DNA of 38,891 nucleotides from a virus. Taxonomy: Duplodnaviria > Heunggongvirae > Uroviricota > Caudoviricetes. Every line of letters starts with the position of its first letter. The first letter of the stretch is position 1. The notes under the pieces were generated by a model. The model saw only the letters and a program-made list of their open reading frames with translations, was not told the DNA's origin and did not search any database. Shown in pieces: positions 30,601 through 37,643 of the stretch. Both the position numbers and the translations under genes were made by a program. Location of the stretch: positions 1 through 38,891 of IMG/VR virus record IMGVR_UViG_2576861092_000011; one strand, 5' to 3'.

Positions 30601-30708
30601 AACCAAAGAGTAGTTGGCTTTGGGGTGACGTGAAGTGCAGCTGCACGACGGCAACCGGAAGATAAGCACCCGGCGCGTCACCGCCAAAGTCAATCATCGG
30701 AGGTCAAC

Positions 30709-31008
30709 ATGACAGTAGTCATTACATATCTGGCTGACGATAACGCCAGAAATCGCCGCAGAGCACGCAGACAGGCTCAACGTGAACAGGCAATGCAAGA
30801 ACAGCGACTGGCGCGAAAAATTGCGCTAAAGCTCTCTGGTTGCGTCAGAGCAGATAAAGCAGCATCACTCGGAAGCCTTCGCTGCAAGAAGGCAGAAGAA
30901 GTCGAGAGTAAACAGAATCGTATTTACTACCGCAAGCCACGCAGTGAAATGGGTGTGACTTGTGTTGGTCGCCAGAAAATGAAATTAGGCAGCAAACCAC
31001 TTATTTGA
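30709..31008 (+). CDS. N: N-like transcription antiterminator
   Basis: 99 aa; N-terminal arginine-rich motif (DDNARNRRRARRQAQREQA); C-terminus ..NRIYYRKPRSEMGVTCVGRQKMKLGSKPLI resembles lambda N C-terminus. Confidence 0.8.
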   Translation: MTVVITYLADDNARNRRRARRQAQREQAMQEQRLARKIALKLSGCVRADKAASLGSLRCKKAEEVESKQNRIYYRKPRSEMGVTCVGRQKMKLGSKPLI

Positions 31009-31016
31009 GGTGAGAT

Positions 31017-31175
31017 ATGAACATGAATGTATCTTTAACAAAATCATTGCTTGCCAGTCGTGGATTAAAGATGAAACCAACAAAAAGTTATAAAAACGGC
31101 AGTCGATGCTACTCAGTTTCAGGATGGAGCGGAGAGTACACAATCAAAGGTATTTTGTGGCAGTTAGGATTTTGA
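31017..31175 (+). CDS. Small hypothetical early protein (52 aa)
   Basis: Below ORF-track cutoff; ATG preceded by GAGGTGA RBS; first of three tandem small ORFs after N. Confidence 0.4.
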   Translation: MNMNVSLTKSLLASRGLKMKPTKSYKNGSRCYSVSGWSGEYTIKGILWQLGF

Positions 31176-31208
31176 TGATTCTTTTGGCAGCAAGACACAG
31201 AGGTGAAT

Positions 31209-31343
31209 ATGAACGCAGTTGAGTTTACAAAATGGATGGCAGAGCAAGATATCACAGGAGCCGACGAAAAGGCTGTGTACTACATGGCTATGCTATGGAT
31301 TCACAAAGCAAAAGAGGCTGCAAATGCTCTTGGAGGTGAGTGA
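31209..31343 (+). CDS. Small hypothetical early protein (44 aa)
   Basis: ATG preceded by identical GAGGTGA RBS; stop overlaps start of next ORF by 1 nt. Confidence 0.4.
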   Translation: MNAVEFTKWMAEQDITGADEKAVYYMAMLWIHKAKEAANALGGE

Positions 31344-31531
31344 TGAAAGTAAAAATAACTGCTTCTAATACCAGTTTTGTAAGTGTTGGTGATATTACAG
31401 AAGTAATAACAAATCATGATGGAACACAAGTTATGTGGTCTGATTTCTGTAAAAGATATGAGCGAGTTAGTTGGTGTAAACTCGTATGGGGCGTCGAATA
31501 CGAAGAATTACCTGAAATGCATGACGAATAA
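31343..31531 (+). CDS. Small hypothetical early protein (62 aa)
   Basis: ATG 31343 with GGAGGTGA RBS; translationally coupled to upstream ORF. Confidence 0.5.
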   Translation: MKVKITASNTSFVSVGDITEVITNHDGTQVMWSDFCKRYERVSWCKLVWGVEYEELPEMHDE

Positions 31532-31626
31532 GCACTGTGTATTCATTCCAACGAGTGAATACACGGAGCAATGTCGCTCGTAACTAAACAGGAGCCGACT
31601 TGTTCTGATTATTGGAAATCTTCTTT

Positions 31627-31652
31627 GCCCTCCAGTGTGAGGGCTTTTTTAT
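31627..31652 (+). terminator. Rho-independent terminator within the PL operon
   Basis: GCCCTCcagtgtgAGGGC followed by TTTTTTAT. Confidence 0.6.
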
Positions 31653-31716
31653 ATGCATACCAATAACGCTTCACTCGAGGCGTTTTCGTTATGCAATCAA
31701 ACAGAAGGAGCATCCT

Positions 31717-31887
31717 ATGCAACAGTTCGCTATTGCAGGGGCGGCATCGGTTCGCCCTTTCAACCCGATTTTATCGGTACAGCATTCACGAAAAAATATT
31801 TTAACCGGAGCAGACTTTAAACAACCAAGAATGAAAAGTTTGCTCGAAAAGCTTTGGGATATTTTGAAACAACAAGGCCGTCCATGA
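31717..31887 (+). CDS. cIII: CIII-like protein (putative FtsH inhibitor), 56 aa
   Basis: MQQFAIAG.. vs lambda CIII MQYAIAGW..; central amphipathic helix KSLLEKLWDILKQ resembles the CIII core; AGGAG RBS. The longer 91-aa track ORF would run through the terminator and is rejected. Confidence 0.55.
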   Translation: MQQFAIAGAASVRPFNPILSVQHSRKNILTGADFKQPRMKSLLEKLWDILKQQGRP

Positions 31888-31968
31888 GTTTTACAGATAA
31901 CTGGTCAGACGAAGAATTCATTCGTCAGATGAACAAAATGCTCAATCAGCACAAAGAACAGGAGAAAG

Positions 31969-32280
31969 ATGATGATTCTGACTCTGAATGATAAGCGTGA
32001 AATATCGCAAATAATCGCAAGTTTTACTGATGAAGATTACGAACGAATCAACAGTGAAGTTGATCGCCTCTGCAAACGTTGCGACCCAATAAGCGAAATG
32101 CTTCGCTCATATAAACCAGATGAACACACTAAGGACGCTATCGACTGGCTGGAAGATGATGACTGTAACTATCAGGAAAAAGCCGCTGAATGGTTCTGGG
32201 ATGCAATAACCGAAAGAGTTAAGGCTGAATATGCCTTCGCAATATTCAAACGCAGACACATTTTTGGAGAAGCAGCATGA
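31969..32280 (+). CDS. Hypothetical acidic protein (103 aa) immediately upstream of recT; positional analogue of anti-RecBCD genes
   Basis: AGGAG RBS; ATGA overlap with recT start. Function inferred from position only. Confidence 0.5.
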   Translation: MMILTLNDKREISQIIASFTDEDYERINSEVDRLCKRCDPISEMLRSYKPDEHTKDAIDWLEDDDCNYQEKAAEWFWDAITERVKAEYAFAIFKRRHIFGEAA

Positions 32281-33179
32281 GCAATATCGTTGAATTCGTT
32301 AAACAGCAGGAGCAGTTATTCTGCGGAGCATTGACTGAACAGACGGTGACATGGGCTAAGGAAAGCCAGTTTGCAATTCAGTATTTCCAGAAAAACGATT
32401 ACCTGGCTAAAACGGCACTGGCAAATCCAACCAGCGCACAGAACGCCATCATCAATGTTGCGGCGATCGGCATCACCTTAAATCCTGCCAGCAAACTGGC
32501 TTATCTGGTTCCGCGCGACGGCATGGTGTGCCTTGATATCAGCTATATGGGATTGCTACATATTGCAATGGAGTCTGGTGTTATCTCATGGGGTCAGGCA
32601 AAACTTGTTCATGCTAACGATACCTATGAGTCAAACGGGCTTGATAAAGCACCAACCCATAAATACAACGCCTTCGGTGATCGTGGTGATATCGTTGGCG
32701 TTTACTGCACAGTTAAGACGCCAGCAGGTGATTATCTAACGGAAGAGATGAGTCTGGCTGAAATTGAGGCTGTAAGGAAAACAAGCAAGGCAGCATTCAG
32801 CGATAAAGGACCATGGGTAAATCACTGGAATGAGATGGCGCGAAAGACGGTCGTAAAGCGTGCAAGCAAGTATTGGCCTAAGGCATCACGTCTTGATAGT
32901 GCTATTCACGTACTAAACGAAGAAGAAGGTGTATGGACTGAACCAGTTATGCCGCACAAATCAGAGGAAGATATCCGCGAAGATGAACGGAAACTCCAGC
33001 AGGAAATAACGGATAAAGCACAACTTCTTTGTGATGAAATGGCTCAGGCAGAAAACATGGATGATTTGAAGCGATATTTTGCAGAAGCATATCGCCTGAC
33101 ATCTGGAATGAAATTGCAGCAGAACGTACAAGCCATTTACATAGAATGCAAAGCGAAACTGGAGGTTGCCAGTGAGTAA
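32277..33179 (+). CDS. recT: RecT-family single-strand annealing recombinase
   Basis: 300 aa; ..KGPWVNHWNEMARKTVVKRASKYWP.. matches the conserved RecT motif (NGPWVTHWEEMAKKTAIRRLFKYLP in Rac RecT). Confidence 0.85.
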   Translation: MSNIVEFVKQQEQLFCGALTEQTVTWAKESQFAIQYFQKNDYLAKTALANPTSAQNAIINVAAIGITLNPASKLAYLVPRDGMVCLDISYMGLLHIAMESGVISWGQAKLVHANDTYESNGLDKAPTHKYNAFGDRGDIVGVYCTVKTPAGDYLTEEMSLAEIEAVRKTSKAAFSDKGPWVNHWNEMARKTVVKRASKYWPKASRLDSAIHVLNEEEGVWTEPVMPHKSEEDIREDERKLQQEITDKAQLLCDEMAQAENMDDLKRYFAEAYRLTSGMKLQQNVQAIYIECKAKLEVASE

Positions 33180-33654
33180 ACTGTATGAAATTGCCAATGA
33201 ATACGCAAAATTGATGGATTCAGATTTAGAGCCAGAGATGATTGCTGACACAATAGAAGGCATGGAAGGAGAATTTACCGATAAAATAGAGCAACTTCTC
33301 GCCATTATTAAAAATGAATCTGGTTATGCTGAACGCCTCAAGGAAGAGGCAAAGTCACTAAATGAGCGAGCCGCAGTAATTCAAAATAAGATTGACAGCA
33401 TTATGGCGTATATAGCGTCATCGCTTGAAATGGTTGGCAAGAAAAAGATTAGAGCAGGTATTCACCAGGTAACAATCCGCAAAACGTCAGAAACTGTAGA
33501 AATCATCGACTCAAGCGCCCTTCCTCCTGAATACGTTGAGTTCGAAACAACAATTAAAGCCGACAAGTTGGCAATCAAGCACCAACTAAAAGCAGGAATA
33601 AATATCCCCGGCGCTCAACTCAAGGTTGGGAAACCTTCACTTCTTATCAAATAA
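33172..33654 (+). CDS. Sipho_Gp157-family protein (partner of RecT-type recombinases)
   Basis: 160 aa from a GTG start with GGAGG RBS; N-terminal acidic helix, central coiled coil, C-terminal beta-rich ..PPEYVEF....KADKLAIKHQLKAGINIPGAQL.. fits my recollection of the Gp157 family. Confidence 0.55.
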   Translation: MSKLYEIANEYAKLMDSDLEPEMIADTIEGMEGEFTDKIEQLLAIIKNESGYAERLKEEAKSLNERAAVIQNKIDSIMAYIASSLEMVGKKKIRAGIHQVTIRKTSETVEIIDSSALPPEYVEFETTIKADKLAIKHQLKAGINIPGAQLKVGKPSLLIK

Positions 33655-33665
33655 CGGTATCGACT

Positions 33666-33980
33666 ATGAAAAAGACTCCATGGGAGAAATGGGAAGTCGA
33701 TTTCTTGCGCGAAGTGGCGGCGACAATGCCAGTTGAAGTTATCGCTGAAAAACTGGAAAGGACTGAAAAAGCAGTAATGGCGAAAGCAACAAGGATTGGA
33801 GCTGACATTGTTAGCCGACTTCGTGGAAGACGCTGGACAAGAGCCGAAGTATCACTTTTCGGTAAGTTCTCCGCAGAAGAAATAGCAATTGCAACCTGCC
33901 GCTCAATTTATTCAGTAAGAGCTATGCGATACAAGCTAAAAAAACTCGATGAAGAAAGAGCAGGCATACGAATAAATTAA
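33666..33980 (+). CDS. Hypothetical protein (104 aa) with two tandem HTH-like repeats
   Basis: Two similar segments beginning W-x-x-x-EV/VD and containing EEIA-like helices; basic C-terminus. Confidence 0.5.
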   Translation: MKKTPWEKWEVDFLREVAATMPVEVIAEKLERTEKAVMAKATRIGADIVSRLRGRRWTRAEVSLFGKFSAEEIAIATCRSIYSVRAMRYKLKKLDEERAGIRIN

Positions 33981-34157
33981 CAAAGAGGAATTAATCATGA
34001 GAGGACTTGCTTACAATCCCGGCATTCTTCCGGCAGAAATGATTATTCGCCAACGCGTAAAGCCAATGCCATCGAGAGAGGAATTACTTAAGAGAAATTC
34101 TTTTCCTTCAGTGAATCAAAACAAATATCTGAATGCGATGTGGCGGAGTGGGAAGAA

Positions 34158-34589
34158 ATGAAACAAATGTCACTAATTGAGATGGATGGTTTTCTGAAAG
34201 GTAAATGCATCCCACGAGATTTAAAGGTTAACGAAACAAACGCTGAATATCTGGTGCGTAAATTTGCTGAAGCGGAGTCCAAGTGCGCGGCGCTGGCGGC
34301 GGAGAATGCGGGGCTGAAGTCTGGCGCTATGGACGAAATCAAGGTTATCAACCGTGGAGGTCAGGCATATTGCGTAAAAGATGGAGTGCGAGTTAATCCC
34401 ATGTATGCAAGAGGGTGGAATGACTATCGCGCAAAGTCTCTGCAATCAGACACCCCAGCCACCGATGCTTTCCTGGCTGAAATTCGTGCACAGGGGGTTG
34501 AGATGTTTGCTGACAATCTGTTGTGTCCAGACCTTGATGGCACTATCCGTGACTTTGCTGCCCAGCTTCGCAAAGGAGGCAACCAGTGA
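34158..34589 (+). CDS. Hypothetical protein (143 aa)
   Basis: ORF in early-left operon; start set at ATG 34158 (ATGA overlap with a possible 54-aa upstream micro-ORF at 33997..34161). Confidence 0.5.
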   Translation: MKQMSLIEMDGFLKGKCIPRDLKVNETNAEYLVRKFAEAESKCAALAAENAGLKSGAMDEIKVINRGGQAYCVKDGVRVNPMYARGWNDYRAKSLQSDTPATDAFLAEIRAQGVEMFADNLLCPDLDGTIRDFAAQLRKGGNQ

Positions 34590-35230
34590 GTAACCGTTTT
34601 TACATGATGTGCTTGCGTGAAACTGTGGGTAATAACGCCTCATTCCATTGCCATAACGGCAATGGTTACAGTTCTGATATCGATCGCGCTCATGTTTACA
34701 CGCTGGAAGAAGCCCAAAAAGCCTGGAATTGTGGGCGAGATATCGATCAGCCTGTTTGCGCTGATAGCGTGGATGCAATGGCAGTGTGGCACGTTGATTG
34801 CCAGTACATCCCTACAGAAAGCCTGATTGAGTCAGATTGCACTGCGTATGTGGCCTACAAAAAAGGTAGCTGGAACGGCAACGATGTTTACTGGCTTCAA
34901 CACGGTGGATTGCCAACAGATGACTTCAGTAAAGCGACCATCTTTAGCGTCGCCAACAAAAACGAACCAGGAATAGTTTGGTTGCCATTTTCCATTGCTG
35001 ATGCAGCAAAGCGCAGGACGTTCAATATCAATAACTTTAACCGCAGAACAATGGTTCAGGGCGCAGGTTTGGTCATGCCTGACTGGTTGAAAGAGCAGAA
35101 CAGAAGAAAGAAGTCGCGAAGCGGGAAGGTGCGTTGGAATTGTCCGCATTGCGGAAAAATCTCCTGGCAGTACAGCCCATATGATTTTGAAGGCTGTAGT
35201 GATTACAACTGTGAAGGATGGCGAGAATGA
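34586..35230 (+). CDS. Hypothetical Cys-rich protein (214 aa) with C-terminal zinc-ribbon-like CxxC...C..C
   Basis: GTG start with AGGAGG RBS; C-terminus ..WNCPHCGKISWQYSPYDFEGCSDYNCEGW.. Confidence 0.5.
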   Translation: MSNRFYMMCLRETVGNNASFHCHNGNGYSSDIDRAHVYTLEEAQKAWNCGRDIDQPVCADSVDAMAVWHVDCQYIPTESLIESDCTAYVAYKKGSWNGNDVYWLQHGGLPTDDFSKATIFSVANKNEPGIVWLPFSIADAAKRRTFNINNFNRRTMVQGAGLVMPDWLKEQNRRKKSRSGKVRWNCPHCGKISWQYSPYDFEGCSDYNCEGWRE

Positions 35231-35760
35231 CAATTGACTATCAGGCACTGCGTGATGCGGCAGAAGCAATAAAAATAGCAGCCACACCACAAAAATTGCT
35301 GGCATTTCGTATGAAGGTCACACCTCAGGTTGTGCTGGCACTACTGGATGAACGGGAAAGGAACCAGCAATACATCAAATCCCGCGACCAGGAGAACGAG
35401 GAAATTGCGCTAACGGTAGGGAAGCTGCGCGTTGAGCTGGAAGCAGCAAAAAAGCGCATAGCAGAACTGGAAGCCGAACCTGTAAGCCAAACTTACAAGT
35501 TGAGCGAGCTATCGGGCAACTCTCCGGTAACTCCGGATGGTTGGATAAGCTGTAGTGATCGAATGCCTGAAAAGGGCCAGAACGTGCTTATTTCGGTGAA
35601 TTTCGATAGCTCTCTGGTTGAACCGCTAATATGCTCGGCACGCTATACCGGGAGCACCTTCCGGCGCGGAGCTGCAACGGTTAAGCCGGGTAACGGTATT
35701 GAGCAAGCAACTCACTGGATGCCGCTGCCAGAACCGCCGCAGGAGGTTAACCGTGGCTAA
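35227..35760 (+). CDS. Ea22/Ead-like protein with C-terminal DUF551 domain
   Basis: Coiled-coil centre then ..DGWISCSDRMPEKGQNVLI....ATHWMPLPEPP.., the DUF551 signature common in lambdoid early-left regions. Confidence 0.6.
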   Translation: MTIDYQALRDAAEAIKIAATPQKLLAFRMKVTPQVVLALLDERERNQQYIKSRDQENEEIALTVGKLRVELEAAKKRIAELEAEPVSQTYKLSELSGNSPVTPDGWISCSDRMPEKGQNVLISVNFDSSLVEPLICSARYTGSTFRRGAATVKPGNGIEQATHWMPLPEPPQEVNRG

Positions 35761-35830
35761 CCTGCAACTTGCCGTCAAAGGTGAATAACAATCCTCGCAC
35801 TCGCGGGGATTTCTTTTATATGGGGATAAT

Positions 35831-36631
35831 ATGACCATCCACTTTCACGGCAGCCCAATATGGGGTGATGAGCATGCCCATACAGATATGCTGATTAAAG
35901 CCCTTTACCGTGATGGTGGGGCTTTTGTTTCATTTGCCAGACCAGAGCAGATGAAAAAGATTGCCATGTTCCCTTGTGATATACGCCTTGATAACGGTGC
36001 TTTTAGCGACTGGATGAAAGCATTAAAGAAAGGCACTCCGGTAGACTGGAGTAAGAGACGAGCAAAATTCTACGACTTTGTTGGGAAGTGGTTCAGCAGA
36101 ATTGAATGGTTTCTTATACCTGACGTTATCGAAGGGACAGAGGCAGAAAACGACGAGCAGATTGAGTTGGTTCCTGATTGGCTAAAATCAAAAGCGGTTC
36201 CGGTCTGGCATACCGACGAATCAATTGAACGTCTTTTACGCCTTTCTGGCAAATTTGAATGGGTGGCGATTGGATGCTGCGGCCCACACAGGCACATACG
36301 CTCTAAATGGTGGGAACAGAGAATGGATGAAGTTTTCACTGAGCTTTATATCAATCGTAATTTGAAAGTGAAAATTCATGGTCTTCGAATGCTCGACGTG
36401 AGAGTTCTTGGTATGTATCCGTTCGCCAGTGCGGATTCTACTAATGTTGCTGTTAACGTACCGAAGACAGAGAAGCGATTTCCTGAGATTACCGACAAAC
36501 TGGCACGTACAGCTGTACTTCGCGCTGCTATTGAAAAGGTGCACCCGCCATCGATATCAGCATGGGTAGACAGAAAGATGAGAGAGCCGGCGCAAGCCGG
36601 TTTTTTATTTGAATTCACCGACGCCGCTTAA
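35831..36631 (+). CDS. Hypothetical protein (266 aa), function unknown
   Basis: Good RBS (GGGGA); largest unassigned early-left ORF; no confident family recognised by eye. Confidence 0.55.
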   Translation: MTIHFHGSPIWGDEHAHTDMLIKALYRDGGAFVSFARPEQMKKIAMFPCDIRLDNGAFSDWMKALKKGTPVDWSKRRAKFYDFVGKWFSRIEWFLIPDVIEGTEAENDEQIELVPDWLKSKAVPVWHTDESIERLLRLSGKFEWVAIGCCGPHRHIRSKWWEQRMDEVFTELYINRNLKVKIHGLRMLDVRVLGMYPFASADSTNVAVNVPKTEKRFPEITDKLARTAVLRAAIEKVHPPSISAWVDRKMREPAQAGFLFEFTDAA

Positions 36632-36688
36632 TGCGGATTTCTTTTATATGAACTCGCTACGGCGAGTTTTGTTTTATGGAGATGATAA

Positions 36689-36856
36689 ATGCACTTCCGA
36701 GTCACAGGTGAATGGAATGGAGAGCCATTCGACAGGGTTATCGAAGCAGAGGACATCAACGACTGCTATAACCACTGGATGATATGGGCGCAGATAGCAC
36801 ATGCAGACGTAACCAATATTCGAATTGAAGAACTGAAAGAACACCAAGCCGCCTGA
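36689..36856 (+). CDS. Small hypothetical protein (55 aa)
   Basis: Below track cutoff; ATG with GGAG RBS; stop lies within the downstream terminator stem. Confidence 0.35.
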   Translation: MHFRVTGEWNGEPFDRVIEAEDINDCYNHWMIWAQIAHADVTNIRIEELKEHQAA

Positions 36857-36869
36857 TGGCGGTTTTTTA
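36848..36869 (+). terminator. Rho-independent terminator at the end of the early-left operon
   Basis: GCCGCCtgatGGCGG followed by TTTTTTAT. Confidence 0.65.
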
Positions 36870-36878
36870 TTGCCTGAT

Positions 36879-36894
36879 TTGCAGGTTCGATTCC
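36879..36894 (+). other. 16-nt tRNA-like fragment (TTGCAGGTTCGATTCC), resembling a tRNA T-arm, upstream of torI
   Basis: Exact match to the T-stem/loop region of tRNA-Arg(CCU) (argW) as I recall it; not a complete tRNA. Confidence 0.45.
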
Positions 36895-36913
36895 CTATTC
36901 GGAGATAGCACTC

Positions 36914-37114
36914 ATGCAACACGAACTACAACCTGATTCACTGGTTGATTTGAAATTCATCATGGCTGATACTGGCTTTGGTAAAACCTTCATCTATGAT
37001 CGGATTAAGTCCGGCGACCTGCCAAAAGCCAAAGTTATCCACGGGCGAGCAAGATGGTTATATCGTGACCATTGTGAATTCAAAAATAAGCTCTTAAGCC
37101 GCGCCAATGGGTAA
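36914..37114 (+). CDS. torI: Excisionase / recombination directionality factor, TorI-like (AlpA/HTH_17 family)
   Basis: 66 aa MQHELQPDSLVDLKFIMADTGFGKTFIYDRIKSGDLPKAKVIHGRARWLYRDHCEFKNKLLSRANG; winged-helix excisionase pattern; matches my recollection of E. coli TorI at the prophage end distal to intS. Confidence 0.85.
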   Translation: MQHELQPDSLVDLKFIMADTGFGKTFIYDRIKSGDLPKAKVIHGRARWLYRDHCEFKNKLLSRANG

Positions 37115-37182
37115 AATAGCGGGTAAAATATTTTTCACATCTAAAAAATACCATTCCAATCAATCCCCTGCCGCGCCAAGTA

Positions 37183-37202
37183 GATGTCTGCAGGGGACAC
37201 CA
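37183..37202 (+). other. Putative attR core: copy of the 3' end of tRNA-Arg (argW)
   Basis: GATGTCTGCAGGGGACACCA; the last 15 nt equal the recalled argW 3' end including CCA, 18 of 20 overall. Lies between torI and host DNA. Confidence 0.55.
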
Positions 37203-37643
37203 GATACCCTTCAAACGAAATCTACCTTCACCCCGTAAAAGATGGGTTTGGCAGCACACTTGCCTTATATCTACTCATTTTTACTGCAACAGGTTGAAAT
37301 CTCAGCACTGTCAGAAAGCGCTGATGACTAAACAGCCCTGGGCCGGGCGATGTAACCATCACACAGAATCCTGATAGCGAAATATGGCGTGACTCGATAC
37401 TTCACTCCGCAATGCATTCCTTGATGAATTCGCAGGACCGTGATACACGGGACAGGTCACTGAATGACGACAATGTCCTGGAAATCAGCGAACCGCGCAT
37501 CTGAAGTACATTTGAGCGACTGTACCAGAACATGAATGAGGCGTTTGGATTAGGCGATTATTAGCAGGGCTAAGCATTTTACTATTATTATTTTCCGGTT
37601 GAGGGATATAGAGCTATCGACAACAACCGGAAAAAGTTTACGT

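Noticed and set aside
30436-30693. Track ORFs 30436..30633 (+) and 30487..30693 (-)
   Set aside because: They overlap the OL operators and the nutL boxA/boxB site and have no RBS; regulatory DNA is the better explanation.
31612-31716. 91-aa version of the ORF at 31612..31887
   Set aside because: Its upstream part would be translated through a canonical terminator hairpin and begins at a TTG; the internal ATG at 31717 with an AGGAG RBS gives a CIII-like 56-aa protein.
33997-34161. 54-aa micro-ORF and the 35-aa micro-ORF at 31884..31991 (possible kil-like)
   Set aside because: Both have acceptable RBS and ATGA coupling but are too short and unconserved by eye to call; left unannotated.
37203-37643. 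Host-side DNA between attR and cscB
   Set aside because: No ORF of meaningful length and no convincing terminator or RNA structure; treated as host intergenic sequence or gene remnant.
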